A DNA stretch of 64,000 nucleotides from Eledone cirrhosa (lineage: Eukaryota), in the NCBI GenBank assembly GCA_964016885.1, contig OZ024740.1, forward strand, positions 235,228,001 through 235,292,000, given 5' to 3'. The position numbers and the translations under genes were made by a program. The notes under the pieces are model-generated. The model saw only the letters and a program-made list of their open reading frames with translations. It was not told the origin of the DNA and searched no databases. Shown one piece after another: positions 36,336-49,195 of the stretch (position 1 is its first letter; every line of letters begins with the position of its first letter).

Positions 36336-37483
36336 ACACCCACACCTTTCATAACCATTGCTTCTTTTTCTTGTCGTTTCTTGTAATTTGTCAAAGTTGA
36401 AGTTGTCCTTATTTTCATTTTCTTTGATTTCTTTCGTTTTTCTTTTATCTCCCTAGGGAATTCGTTGACAAGCTTCTTTTATTTATTTTCTTCGTTTTCT
36501 TCATTCAAATGCATTCACACTAGCTGTCTCAGAGACGTACAAATATGGCCTATAAAACTTACCTAAGTAAATAGCCTTCCAGCGCCCCCCTGGAGCTCCG
36601 AAACGGCGCCCCAGGGGGACATATGCCCCCCGTTGAGAACCTTTGGCCTAGAGCAAGGGGGCAGGAATGCTGCGCCCCGCAGACAGGACCGCAAAAGCAT
36701 TCCACGGACGATGGCCAGTGACACCCGCTGCAACAGCCACCCAGCCTCGCGAGTCTCCTTCCTGAGACGGGTCACCGATGTTCCGATCTTGCGGAGGCGC
36801 TCGGCTGTACGGGGTCAAAGTATTGTAAATTAAATCTTCAAAAACGTATCTGCAAAATTTTATTTAAAAAATGAACTATTAGAAAATTATGAAAGCTAGA
36901 AGAGATGGTCATGTAAAACATTTAACCATGTCTGTTCTGGGGCTTAACAACTTCAAATGATACAGAAGGGTAATGGATTGTCTGAGTAGAGTGTTGGACA
37001 AAATGCTTTGCGGTATTTGTTCCGACCTTTTGCTTTCTGACTTCAAACCCCGCTGAGCTGAGGTCTACTTTGCTTTTCATTTTTCCGGAGTTGAATAAAT
37101 CAAATATCCCCTCCCACAAAATTGCAGGTCTTGTACCCGCTGCATCATCCACTCTACCTCATAGAGCTCCTTCGTCAGGCTGGATGCCGGTGTCTGGTAC
37201 GAAAAGGAAGCGGTTGATCAAATGCCGGTATTTGGATATCTCCCACCCCTCTGCGTTATGTAAGAAGAGAAGTTCATCAGGTAGGGTGCCCTGTATATTG
37301 TGAAAGCTTGTTCTAGTTTAAGAAGAGAGAAAATTCCATGAAAGTGTTATTTTGTTCAGTATAACCGAAGTTACGTAATCAGTTGCTGCTCCACTAAAAT
37401 AGGTCTAATCATATCAGTTGTACAACATTCTAAGAGACCTATCACTAAACTACTGCATGTACTTTAACTATACTCTCAACTTC

Positions 37484-37571
37484 AACCAATCAGAACGTCA
37501 GTAAATGTTCACGTGGTTATCAACTTCCCACCCACCTTTTTCAGCGCCATCTTGCATTATTATCACCGGAG
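37484..37571 (+). promoter_or_regulatory. SLC25A3: Probable SLC25A3 core promoter and non-coding exon 1
   Basis: CCAAT box AACCAATCAG (37484), E-box CACGTG (37510), pyrimidine initiator-like CCTTTTTC, YY1-type CGCCATCTT (37545), donor G|GTATGT at 37571/2; matching acceptor TTTGCTACAG at 37718. Confidence 0.6.
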
Positions 37572-37727
37572 GTATGTGTTCTTTCTCGTCTCCCATTCTA
37601 CCTTATATTGGCGATCATATTATTTTATTTAGTTAAACACTAAAAAAAAAAAAAAATTGTCACAGCAACATTTTCTTGCCAATTGTTATAAGTCTCTGTT
37701 TTTTACCTTTTGCTACAGGCTTTCAAA

Positions 37728-37851
37728 ATGTTCGAGTCTCTTATTAAGGCAGCCAAGGTGAACCCACCATTCAGTAATCCATTCTATGCCAAGTGTGAAA
37801 ATGTGCTGCCTGTTAACGAAACTCGGACTATAGCGGCCGCTAATGCAGCAG
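37728..37851 (+). CDS. SLC25A3: Mitochondrial phosphate carrier, coding exon 1 (presequence MFESLIKAAK..RTIAAANAA)
   Basis: AAAATG start; donor G|GTCAGT; phase 1 joins the next exon in frame; resembles invertebrate PiC presequences. Confidence 0.85.
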
Positions 37852-40637
37852 GTCAGTTTACACATCCCTTAATGTATATATATTTATTAACTATAACCAC
37901 TACTGTCATTATTTTATCAATTGTCATTCCATCAACTTCCGTCTTGATATTCTTCACGTGGAGGTCGAACGAAGGCCATTGTACTCTGATCAACATATCC
38001 TCACTCCAGTCTTTCTTGTTTCCCTGTTTTTGATGTCTTATATCTTGTGAATTTCAGTCCGTAGTTTCACCGATCGATGTAATCGAAAAATCAGTTATCT
38101 ATATAGGCCACTTCTGTCAAACACCTTTTGTGTCATATCATATCGGAACCGGTTAATCTCCTCCATGTTACTGCTGATTACATAGGTGTCACTTAGGACT
38201 ATGTTGTTCATGTTTATCTGAGTGAGTGAAGACGATTGTCGAAGTTGTCAAGTATATGTGAAAGTATACTTAATGTAACGTGACCTTGCCTTTGTATTAA
38301 GCTCTGGAGATAGAGGTTACGCCCAGAGTTCGAATCCCGCAGAAGTCAACTTTATTAGTAATTTATATCAACCTATTTGAAGGACATCAGCAACTGAACT
38401 GCTCCTACTCTATAAACATTCTATACACCCATACACGAGATTTCATTATTGATCCGGCTTGTATAATTTCAATTGTCCTTGAGAATTGGTTTAAGGCGAG
38501 AAAGCAAAGATTTCACCTCTAGTCTATTTTCAGAAAATGCTGTTTAAATTTGTTTCGACCTCTATTCTGTGTGTGTATGTGTGATCATTTGATCACGCAG
38601 TCCCTACTGTTCTAATGTCAATATCCTATTGTCACAGTCATAAATCTTCTCCATGGTGAGATGAACTACTACTAGTTTTGTCTGCTTTAGTATCTTTATT
38701 GCATAAAATAATTTTCTTTGTCAAACCCCTGTCTCTGAATAATTAACCTCGACGATATAACATTTTAAATATCGTGTCTTAAATTTTGTTCCTTCTCTTT
38801 GTATCGGTCGGTATCTTTTTTTCTGATTTGATTTTACCAAGAAAAATGAAATTTATACACTGTTATATGTTCTTAGAAGGTAACGAAGAAAAACAAATGC
38901 ATTCTTTGAATTCCATTAAAATTATGTACGCTTGTGGTATAGCTAAAATACAATCGACCTAGCTTCTGACACCAAGTTGACCTCCAATTCGATGTTTATT
39001 TTGAATAATCTTTACCTCTTGCGTTGTTTAGAAACACGCTCTTTTCATATTCAGAAACTTCTTGACACGAGAAGTACCAAGCATTCCTTCAACACACCAC
39101 TCCTAATTTCAATAATCGATCAGGGCCGGTTCTGAATGACTTACGGTTACTGCACTCTCAACATTTTGGTTTACTGATGTATTTGACCTATAGTGATCTA
39201 TCTCTGATTATACTTTTATATTATTGGAATTTTGATGAATTACACTGTATTTCAGTAATGGGAAGAGGGAAAATATCTCAGCTAGTTTTTTTTTTTATGT
39301 TTATGTTTTGCTTTTTCCTGTTGGTTATCAGGCAAAATCAACTCTTTACTTCACTACCTGGCTTATTTGATATTACTTTACTTATCGCCCTTCCTTGCTG
39401 TTTTGTGAATGTGTCTATCCTTGTGTCTGCTTCATTAAAAGAATTATCTTTGATGAAAAGCATCATGTCAAAAGGATCTCTTGGACATCTGGATTTATAA
39501 TCTCATTCTTTGATATTCTATGTTAATCTAAATACTTCAAAATTATTCTAATTGTACCATTTAAATTAAAAAAATAGAAAATGATTTCTGGTTACTTGTT
39601 AACTGTATAGATAAACTCATTCTTTAGTGGACACTCAGTTAGAAATAGGGGAGAGATGAGATTTATATAAATTCATCATTCTTTTTATTCAACCAATCAA
39701 TGCCCAGCTGAACAAAATGCATATTCCACTCTTATTTATCAATTGCATTTTTAGTGATAGGGAGCACATCATCCAGTTGTAAAAACAATTTTACAACAAA
39801 CCATCACATTCATGTGAGAATGGGGAAAAAATCAAATGTAAAAGAATATGATTATATATATCTCATCATCATCACCGTTTAACGTCCATTTTTACATGCT
39901 AACATGGGTTAGACAAGTTGTCCAGATGTGAGCCAAGCCGGAGCAGATGACTGATTTGGGCTTGGTTATTACAGTTGTTGGAGTGGGTATGCTGATAGCT
40001 GGCTCAGAGGCTGTTGTAGTGATATAAAAGCTAGATATATGCATCAGCATGCATGAGCCAGTGGTTAAAGACAATTGACTGACGTTTTCTTTTAAATGTG
40101 ATGTTGGATTTTTTTGTGTTACAGCAATAACATCCTATATATATGAGTAGTACTACAATGAATATAGTTGCAGGCCAGCTACTGATGATAATTGAAGTAT
40201 GATATTTTAATTCCATGTATTGTTTCATTCTTGGAGTATTTTTATTGTCTTTTTTTTAAATTCTAAATTAGGTTCCTAGTCAGATTCCACAAAATTTGGT
40301 GAGTGAGTGAGGCAGTTTGTCCTTAAAGCTCTGATATCATAACAGTTCATCTGTTCATCTCGACACCAGCATCAAATGTTCATTATGTTAGACCAGTGCC
40401 TCCTTTAGTCATTCTAATTCTTGTTGAATTAACATAACTGGTATTATTTTCAAAATAATTATCTTTTCAACATATATGAAATATGTTATTACTTGATATC
40501 AATTTATTACTTATTGCATTTATTATATTATGAATTATTAATTAATGATAATCCTATATTGGGTTAATTTCAATATAACTACACCACCATTTTCTGTCAC
40601 CTCTTCGTATTATAACTTCTGTTTGTCTCTTTTTCAG

Positions 40638-40942
40638 AAACCACAAGCTGTGAATATGGTTCTGCTAAATACTATGCTTTGTGCGGTTTTGGTGGTATTC
40701 TAAGTTGTGGTATTACACACACCGCTGTGGTTCCTTTAGATCTGGTGAAATGTCGGATCCAGGTTGATCCTGCAAAATACGGCAACATTTTCAATGGTTT
40801 TAAAGTTACTATTCGTGAAGATGGAAAAGCAGGTTTAACTCGAGGATGGGCTCCTACTTTCATTGGATATTCTATGCAAGGACTTGGGAAGTTTGGTTTT
40901 TATGAAGTCTTCAAAGTATCATATAGTAATCTAATTGGTGAA
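40638..40942 (+). CDS. SLC25A3: SLC25A3 coding exon 2
   Basis: TTTTCAG| SCEYGSAKYYALCGFGGILSCGITHTAVVPLDLVKCRIQVDP..GWAPTFIGYSMQGLGKFGFYEVFK..IGE |GTAAGT. Confidence 0.97.
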
Positions 40943-40999
40943 GTAAGTTTTTTTCCTACTTGTGTTATCTATAATTTTCTATTATGTAAAAACTGTTAA

Positions 41000-41193
41000 C
41001 CCTTTAGCATTTAAACCGACCGTATTTGGCCAGAATTCTCTCATCTCTTTCTGTTCAAACTGGCTGTAACTGACCACTCAAAGTATTGTTCTTAAAATGA
41101 ATATCAAAATCTCATAGATTCACAATTATGTGAGGTAATGCCTTTACTGTGAAAATATAATAGTATGTATAGATTAATGTAAATGCTAAAAGG
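41000..41193. mobile_element. piggyBac-type MITE (intronic)
   Basis: TTAA at 40996-40999 and 41194-41197; TIR CCCTTTAGCATTTA. Confidence 0.85.
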
Positions 41194-42000
41194 TTAAGTC
41201 TACTCAGTTATCACTCACCAGAAGTTATGGTCATATTGGAGTGTGTTAAATAAACTGCTCCACATAAACATTTCAAAATAGGTATAATGGTTTTAGTTCA
41301 GTATCTACTGTATTAACTGGGGCAAATGTTTACTAATATTGACCATCACTTGGGGAAAAGGCATTTTACAAAACGTGTGTATCTGTTGAAGCACAGGCAT
41401 TTCTATTAAAGGTTGTCAGACTGCAGAGAAACACTTTACTATTAAGTCCATGCCGACATATATAATTATAATTAATGAAACTAAAATCTTTTTCGCAACA
41501 ATATAACAAATGATTTACCATAGTTATGCGGTCCTATTGATAAAAGCATTGTTTTAATGACAAAAAAAAACGCCTAGTTCACATTGTAAAGTGGTTGTGC
41601 AGGTGTCACGACAAAAGCACCCAGTCTACACTAAATGTAGTTGCCGCTCGGAAGAGCATCCAGTTATAGAATTCAATCCAGAATCAGTTCTGTTTAAGCA
41701 AGGCACAGTCATCTGATCTGCCTTGTTAAATGGTGATGATGATTATGAGACTTCTTTGTGAAGATGCAGTTACTGAAACATCACAGACTCACTCATTTGG
41801 CTGTTGATAGCTGATTGTAAATGAAGCAGTTTTCTTATAGGTATTTGGAATGGAGACTAACCCTAGAAATCCTTGTTCTTTAAAGTTAACTTTATTCCAG
41901 TATATCTAGTATATCTATGAGTTACAGGTATTTTACGAATTCACTTGAAAATCTGAAATGTGCTGAGTCTAGTTGTTAGAAATAGGGATGAAAGGGTTAA

Positions 42001-42216
42001 ACTACTTTCTTTAAACCGGCTCTATCTGGCTAGAATTCTCTCACCTCTTTCTGTTCAAACTGGTCGTAACTGGCCACTCATACTGACGTTAAGGTATTGT
42101 TCTCTAAATAAATAACATCAAAATCTCAGATTTGATATGCGAGACAAGTATGTAAGACAAAGCCTTTACCGCAAAAAATACAATAGTAAATGTAGAGTAA
42201 TGTAAATGCTAAAGGG
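42001..42216. mobile_element. piggyBac-type MITE (intronic, left TIR degenerate)
   Basis: Internal sequence matches 41000-41193; right end TAAATGCTAAAGGG-TTAA. Confidence 0.75.
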
Positions 42217-42335
42217 TTAAAATTCCTTTCACCTTGTTTTCTTAAAATATATTCCAGTTTTATTGATCAAACATTTTTTAAAAAGTATTTCAGTATATAT
42301 CTGTCTAAATCTTCCATTCTATTTTAATGTTGTAG

Positions 42336-42517
42336 GAAAATACTTTCTTATGGAGGACATCTCTATATTTAGCTGCCAGTGCATCAGCTGAATTCTTTGC
42401 TGATATTCTTCTCTGTCCTATGGAAGCAGCCAAAGTGAAGATTCAGACATCAGAAGGTTATGCTAAAACTTTGAGAGAATGTGTTCCAAAAATGATCAAG
42501 GAAGAAGGAATGGGCAG
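42336..42517 (+). CDS. SLC25A3: SLC25A3 coding exon 3
   Basis: TGTAG| ENTFLWRTSLYLAASASAEFFADILLCPMEAAKVKIQT.. |GTAAGG. Confidence 0.97.
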
Positions 42518-42964
42518 GTAAGGTTTTTCTCTTGTTTACATCACTCATAATTTAAATGGTTTTTAGAAAATTTCATTTTTTATTAGAATTTTGATGAATC
42601 ATCATAAGTGAGAAGTGATAAACATTTCCATGGACAGCAATCAGAATGCATAGAACAGGAAATTGAAAACTCAAGTTTGTCGCTTATGGAATGTTGTATT
42701 GTACATAAAAAAAATAATACAATTTTAAAAATATTCTCTTAGTAATTTATTCTATTTAGGCTGATTATTGCAGACGAAGCAAGGGAGACAACTTCAAATA
42801 GCTGAAGTATAAACTTTTTGACTTAACATTGCTACTGATATACTACATAGAAATGTTATTTAAAAAACATGTTATGCCAGGAAACAAGATTAATGGATAA
42901 TGTAGTTATAATAATTTCTAATTTTGGAAAAGCCAGCAATTTAGGGGAAAAGAAAGTCTAGTAT

Positions 42965-43670
42965 CTGCATGGCTTGAATGAAAATCAGTACTGCAGAAAC
43001 TGAAACACTCGTCCTCTCAAGGAAGCCTGTGCAGTGCACTATACATGTGAATGGAGTTCCATGAAGCAGGTAGAGGAGTTCAAGTATCTCGGGGCCGTTT
43101 TCACGAGTGGTGGAGGACAAGAGGCTGAATTAAATGCAAGGATTGCAAGAGCTGGCGCAGTAATATGTCCACTTCAGCATTCAGTAGAAGGGAGGTAGGT
43201 GTAAAAGCCAAACTCACTATCTTCAATTTGGTATTCGTCTCAGCTCTTACCTATGGTCATGAATCTTGGATAATGACCAAAAGAATACAATCGCGATTAT
43301 AAGCGGCCGAAATGATGTTCCTCCGAAGGGTCTTTGAAGTAATGTTACTCGATAGAGTGCGTAATTCGGAGATCAGGGAGTCTCTCCAGGTAGAGCCACT
43401 ACTTCTCTGAATTAAGAGATCACATCTCCAATACTATGGGCATGTGGTTAGAATGTCTCAGGAAAGAATCATTGGACAGATTTTATGGGCAAAACCAATT
43501 GGCAGGAAACCTCGATGTAGACTCTAAGCAAGATAGTTGGATAACATCCTTGGCTTATCTTGCTTTAGGATCCAGCCAGATCTGTTGGTGACAGTTGCTT
43601 CTGACAGGACCGCTGGAAGGTGTGTTTGAAGACTCTGCCCCCATGACCTCAGGAATAAGTGGATGAAAAA
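42965..43670 (+). mobile_element. RTE-clade LINE 3' fragment (intronic)
   Basis: VEEFKYLGAVFTSGG..ARIARA..YGHESW..AAEMMFLRR..YYGHVVRM. Homologous to 20755-21405. Confidence 0.8.
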
Positions 43671-43985
43671 GAAGGGAAGTCGGTCATATCAACTCCAGTA
43701 CTTGACTGGTATTTTATTTTATTGGCCTTGGAAGGATGAAAGGCAAAGTTGACCTCTGCAAAATGTGAACTAAAAAAAAATACTACTAAGCAATTGTCTA
43801 ACGCCCTAATGACTTAGCTAATGTCTTCAACATCAGAAATAGCCTTAAAATGAAACATGGTTATTTCTGATGTTTATAACTGTATTTGGCAGGATCTAAG
43901 TTAATATATTCAATTTATAACAGCTTTGTGAATCTTTTTTTTTTTTTTTGTAATATTGTTCTCTACTTGTTTTTTATCTTTTTAG

Positions 43986-44158
43986 TTTCTATAAAGGTAT
44001 TATTCCCTTGTGGGGGCGACAGATCCCTTACACAATGATGAAGTTTGCCTGTTTTGAAAGAACCGTTGAATTTTTGTACAAAAATGTTGTACCCAAGCCC
44101 CGTTCTGATTGTTCCAAACCAGAGCAGTTAGTCGTCACATTTGCTGCTGGTTATATTG
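43986..44158 (+). CDS. SLC25A3: SLC25A3 coding exon 4
   Basis: TTTAG| FYKGIIPLWGRQIPYTMMKFACFERTVE..QLVVTFAAGYI |GTAAGT. Confidence 0.97.
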
Positions 44159-44224
44159 GTAAGTTTTTATTATATCTTCATTCTAGCAATCGGTTATATT
44201 TTAGAATATTTAAGCTATTATCAA

Positions 44225-44390
44225 GAAATCCCAGTAGAGGAAGACTACGAAAAACAGGAGCAGAGGCGCTGAGAGCAGACCTCAAATCGATGAAGCTCAC
44301 GGAGGAGATGACGAAGGACCGTGACAAGTGGAGAGATGCTGTGCTGAATAGGACCTGTCCCACCCTTGCAAGCAGGGAAAAGCGATGATA
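44225..44390 (+). mobile_element. RTE-type LINE extreme 3' fragment
   Basis: RGRLRKT..LRADLK.M.LTEEMTKDRDKWR is the typical RTE C-terminal motif. Confidence 0.6.
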
Positions 44391-45390
44391 TCAGTCTAAA
44401 TTCTTAATGAACAAAGTGGTAAAAATTTAATCACAATCTGTCCCTGTGAGACTGTTCTCAGAATTTCATTTCAAGGTTTATGTTTCTGCAATCTTTTCTC
44501 TAAATACTGCAAAATACTTATCTGTAAGATCATGTTCTTCCATATTGACATAGATTGGACATATCTGCAGTTAAACAGACATATCTCTGAAGTTCAACCT
44601 TCTTAGATCTGATGTCATTACTTCCTCCCAAATCACCTTGGTCTACTAGGCATGGTCATGGTAGGTACAGGCAATGCTGTTTGGTTAGGAATAGCTGCAG
44701 GCATGACTGTGTAGTTAAGAAATTATCTTCACAAACACCTTGGCTGGCAAGTTTTTCCTATAGTCTCAATGCCTTGAGAGTGAAATTGGTAGATGGAACC
44801 TGCATTGTCCTTGTATTGACATTGCTTGTTTACCAGTGGTGTTTATGTCTTGTAGCTTAGTGGTACAATGTCTAAAGTTTAGTGGAACTAGTATGAATTG
44901 GCATCAAGAAGTGTATCTGACCATGCCTTGACAGTATGGAAAAGCAGACATAAAAATGACAGTCTTTTTACACTGCATGTTCACAAACTTCTGTACTAGT
45001 TCAGTCATTTCCATCAGATCATACTCAACTTTATTTGTCACTATTCTCAACAAATATATTTCCTACACAACCACATTTCTGACACAAGACCCTGAAGAGT
45101 CTACCTTTTGTACAGCAAAAGATTTGGCCAATATTTTTAGCAGATCAAGCAACTGTGTAAGTGTTGCTTGGTTGACTCAAATGAAGATGTAACTTCAAGA
45201 GAAATCCACTTTACATGCTAAATATAACTCCCTCTTTTTAGTACATTTTACCATCTACATTTAAGTCCTTCCATCTTTCAGCATCTACATGTTTTGTTGT
45301 TTTCAATAGAAAGCTGGAGGAAACTTGGATGTTTATGATGTAGAAATTAAAATATATTTAAAACGAATATTGTTACATTTCTTTTTTCAG

Positions 45391-45501
45391 CCGGTGTATT
45401 CTGTGCTATTGTGTCTCATCCTGCTGACACTTTGGTCTCAAAACTAAACCAAGCCAAAGGACAGGGTATGGGAGACATTGTTAAAGAACTAGGATTTGCA
45501 G
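45391..45501 (+). CDS. SLC25A3: SLC25A3 coding exon 5
   Basis: TTTTCAG| (A)GVFCAIVSHPADTLVSKLNQ..ELGFA |GTTGGT. Confidence 0.96.
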
Positions 45502-46408
45502 GTTGGTATAGTTTGCTTTTGTTATTTATTGTTCTTTGACATGTTATAAGGTGGCAAATTGGCAGTCATTAAAACGTTGGACAAAGTGCTATGAGGTATT
45601 TGTTCTGGCTCTCTGCTCTCTGAGTTCAAATCCCGCCTTTCATCCTTTTGAGGTCAATAAAATAGTACCCGTCTGGTACTGGGGTCGATTCTTCCTTAGA
45701 ATCTTTTTCTCATTTTCTCTCCTTCTCTGGAAGAAATCTGCTGTACTCAGGCCTAGAGAGGATTGAGTTCTGCTAGGCTTAAAATCCTCAAGAAACACTA
45801 TGCCAATATGGCACCCCTTCAACTGTCATGAGTTATGGGGCCATACCATGACATGTTATATCTGGTATAAATGTAGAGAGAGAATTAATAGTTATTTATT
45901 TCACTGAGATAGTTCAGAATCAGACAAATCTATTAACCTATAAATATAATTAGTCTGTTGTAGCTGAAAGTACTCAATGAAATGGTTATTAATACCAATA
46001 TGTTAAATGTTGTTAGTTGACGCTACAACCTGCTTTTGATTGTTGGTTGTAATGATTTTACTTATAAGGCCCAAAAAGGTAAAGTGAAATGTGAATGTTT
46101 TAGTTTTATTTCTGCAATAATTTGAGACTTGTATGTCTGAGTTATCTATACATATGTTTTGTTAGTGATGTGTAGTTAAACATATAACATTGTTTTAAAC
46201 CTGAGCATTTGTGTATTCACTGGTCATAACCATACTCCAGTTGTTTGATTCAGCAAGACAATGTGAGTAGTGTGCATTGCACTGGTCACTACTATACACC
46301 AGATACCTCATCTAATTAAGAATTAACGAGTATCAATAGATTTAAGTTAATGTCTGATGTTCTTGAAAAAGCATGAAATTTCTATAATGTCATATTGTTT
46401 TGTTATAG

Positions 46409-46572
46409 GTTTATGGAAAGGACTTGGTCCCCGTATTATCATGATTGGTACATTAACAGCTCTGCAGTGGTTTATTTATGACACTGTAAAAGTAGTTTTT
46501 AAACTCCCACGACCACCACCACCATCAATGCCGGAAAGTCTAAAGAAGAAACTTGGTATAGTTGATGCATAG
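46409..46572 (+). CDS. SLC25A3: SLC25A3 coding exon 6 (last); total CDS 1059 nt = 352 aa
   Basis: TATAG| [47 protein letters not shown]..stop. All splice phases are consistent. Confidence 0.97.
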
Positions 46573-46904
46573 TAAATGATGGCACATAATCCTGTTCCTT
46601 TTTATCTCTCTCTCCTTCACTCTCAAGACCATAAACAGTTGATTAGATCAGGAGTTGATGGAATGTTCCATCAATATTTAACATTTCAAGTTCAGCAACC
46701 CAACTGAGCTGTTATAATGCAATGTGTAAGATCGTTTTTACAAAGTTGTAATTCATGAAGCAATATTAAAGTTGCTAATCTTTACTGACCACTTCGCAAG
46801 TGGCTGCAACCAACAACTGCAGTGAATGCAGCTGCAACAGTAGTGTCTTTCACCTTAGCCAGCTGCACACATCAACAATGTACTGTGTACACCAGAACTA
46901 GTGA

Positions 46905-46910
46905 AATAAA
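46905..46910 (+). terminator. Candidate polyadenylation signal of SLC25A3
   Basis: AATAAA ~330 nt after the stop, followed by a T/GT-rich tract. Confidence 0.5.
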
Positions 46911-47666
46911 ATATAACTTAACTAACTTAGCCTTTTGTTCATCTTTTCTTGTAACATTTTGTTTTCATTGTTTAACGCTTACTCCTGATCAGATATGATT
47001 CAGTGTTCCAAATATCATTTAGTGTATCCTGTTCTTTGAGGCATCCTCTTAATAGATAGTGTTGTTGATCTATTGCCCCAATATATATATGTATTGTTTG
47101 TTCACTTAATACATTGTCATCGCTTAGCATCTGTTTTCCCTGCTACTAAGGGTTGGATATGTCACAAAACGGTGCCACTAACCTCCAGGTGGACTAAGGG
47201 CCTCGGGTTTTTTGCTGAGTGTATTTTATCATGGCACCAACACTAGGAAGGTTGTGTCCTTGATACAGCTGAAGGGTCTTCCCAAACCTTTCTTTGGCAA
47301 GTTTTCTATGGCTAGATAGGTTAAAATTGTGACCAGGTACGAAAATATTTGACTAGTGTGAACTGTAAAAACTTGGACAATGTATATTGGGTGAGGGAGT
47401 GGCATGGTTCGGTAGTTGTGTAAGACAACAACATCCCTAGTGCTGGTGTAAAATGCAATTAGTAGAGTGCAAGACTAAGCATGATGCAGGCAGGCCTCTA
47501 TAAGTACAAGTATATTTGTCTTTGATGATGGCTAATTAGCTGTGAAACGTAAAGACAATCTCTTATATTTTTCTGTATAGAGAAAGAATAACAATGTTAA
47601 AGTCCAACCCATATCAGAATGGAAAGTGGACATAAAATGAGGATTATTATTTATTTTATGGCTTAA

Positions 47667-47853
47667 CCCTTTAGCATTTACATTACTCTATATATGCTAT
47701 TGTATTTTCATGGTAAACACTTTATTTCACATTATATCAAATCTGAGATTTTGATAATACCTTAACATAAGTATGAGCAGCTGGCTTTAGTCAGTTTGAA
47801 CAGAAAGAGGTGAGAGAATTCTGGCCTAATATGTTGGTTTAAATGCTAAAGAG
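47667..47853. mobile_element. piggyBac-type MITE
   Basis: TTAA at 47663-47666 and 47854-47857; TIR CCCTTTAGCATTTA. Confidence 0.85.
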
Positions 47854-48438
47854 TTAATCAGGTGAGGAAAAACAGTGTAAATGACTTTTTACAGACCTAC
47901 AAAATAAAGAAACCACGAGTCATCTATTGCTGCAGTAAGAAGTAGTACATCAAAATGTTTTCTTCAGACTGGAGACCTGATCTAAATGCTTCCAACTGAA
48001 TGGACTCTGCTACAGACACTCAAGGGCCAAGTATTCATGTTAAACCAGACAGTTTCGCTTACATGGTTATGGTAGAAGATACTTTTGGTCAGATCAGGAC
48101 CATACAAATCGTAAAGTAAATTTATCACATGATCATGCCATTATTGTAAAGTCAATAAAGTTATTGATATATAACAGATATACAGGATATCGGAGTATTG
48201 TAACATTGTGTAGAATTGCATGTGATGTTTTGTTTAATTGATGGTTATTAATGGCAAAAACAAATATGAAGTACTTTGGGATACTGTGAATGGTAGCTAT
48301 TGCCTCAGAAGTGGTTGAATAAATATTTATGAAAATATTGCCAATATATAGTTTATTTTTATCAGTTTCTTAAAGTTTCAAATTTTTTTATGACATAAGT
48401 AAAAAGATTGGGTCTATGGGAGCCATGTTGAAATTTAA

Positions 48439-48638
48439 CCCTTTAGCATTTATATTACTCTATATTTACTACTTTTCATGGTAAAGGTTTTTATCTCACA
48501 TAATATTGAATCTATGAGATTTTGATATTTATTTTGAGAAAAATACCATAACATCAGTATGAGTGGCGTTACAGCTGGTTTGAACGAAAAGAGGTGAGAG
48601 AATTCTGGCCAGACATGGCCAGTTTAAATGCTAAAGGG
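48439..48638. mobile_element. piggyBac-type MITE
   Basis: TTAA at 48435-48438 and 48639-48642; perfect TIR CCCTTTAGCATTTA/TAAATGCTAAAGGG. Confidence 0.9.
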
Positions 48639-48994
48639 TTAAATATAAACATTTTGTTAAGATCCAAACACCAGCTTCATGACAGAAGTTATTTCACTAG
48701 GAAAGGACCAATACTTAGATTGGACTTAGGAAAATGTCTTTCCAATGCTGATACTAAATGTTAGTCACAACTCCTGGTAGAAGTGTCATTGCTTTTTTAT
48801 GACAGGAGGTGAGATTTGAATTCAGAATGGATAAAGTGAGAACAGAAACTGCAAGGTATCCCATCTCTTGCTTTAACGATTCTGCCAATCTACCCTGGAC
48901 TGGTACTTGATTCTGAAAGGATGAAAACCACAGTTTAACTCTGCAGAGAGCAGAAAAATGTTGCGATGCTCTAGTAGCTGTCAATTGGGGATTG

Positions 48995-49195
48995 TCCAGC
49001 CGCTTCCTTATCACATCAGTTGCTGTGGAGACCTCAGGTGTACTTGGACCCCCCTACTGTTGAGCTCCTCTGCAAGATTGGGACGTTGGTGTCCCATCTG
49101 AGGAAGGAGCCCTGTGAGGTGGTTGTTGCAGCAGGTGTCGCTGGCCATTGTCCACGAGAATGCTTTTGCAGTATTGTCTGCAGGGTGTAGCCCCA
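48995..49195 (+). mobile_element. Short CRE-like C-terminal fragment; similar scraps at ~80-125(-), 23358-23540(+), 36646-36822(-), 37200-37260(-), 51405-51510(-)
   Basis: AVETSGVLGP..WLLQQVSLAIVHENAFAVL. Confidence 0.7.

Noticed and set aside
16131-46572. Functional mitochondrial gene cluster (TFAM + SLC25A3)
   Set aside because: Two genes 21 kb apart with no visible shared regulatory structure; adjacency alone is not evidence without synteny data.
46810-46850. Iron-responsive element in the SLC25A3 3'UTR (C-AACTG-CAGTGA)
   Set aside because: The five bases after the loop (ATGCA) do not pair with the upper stem.
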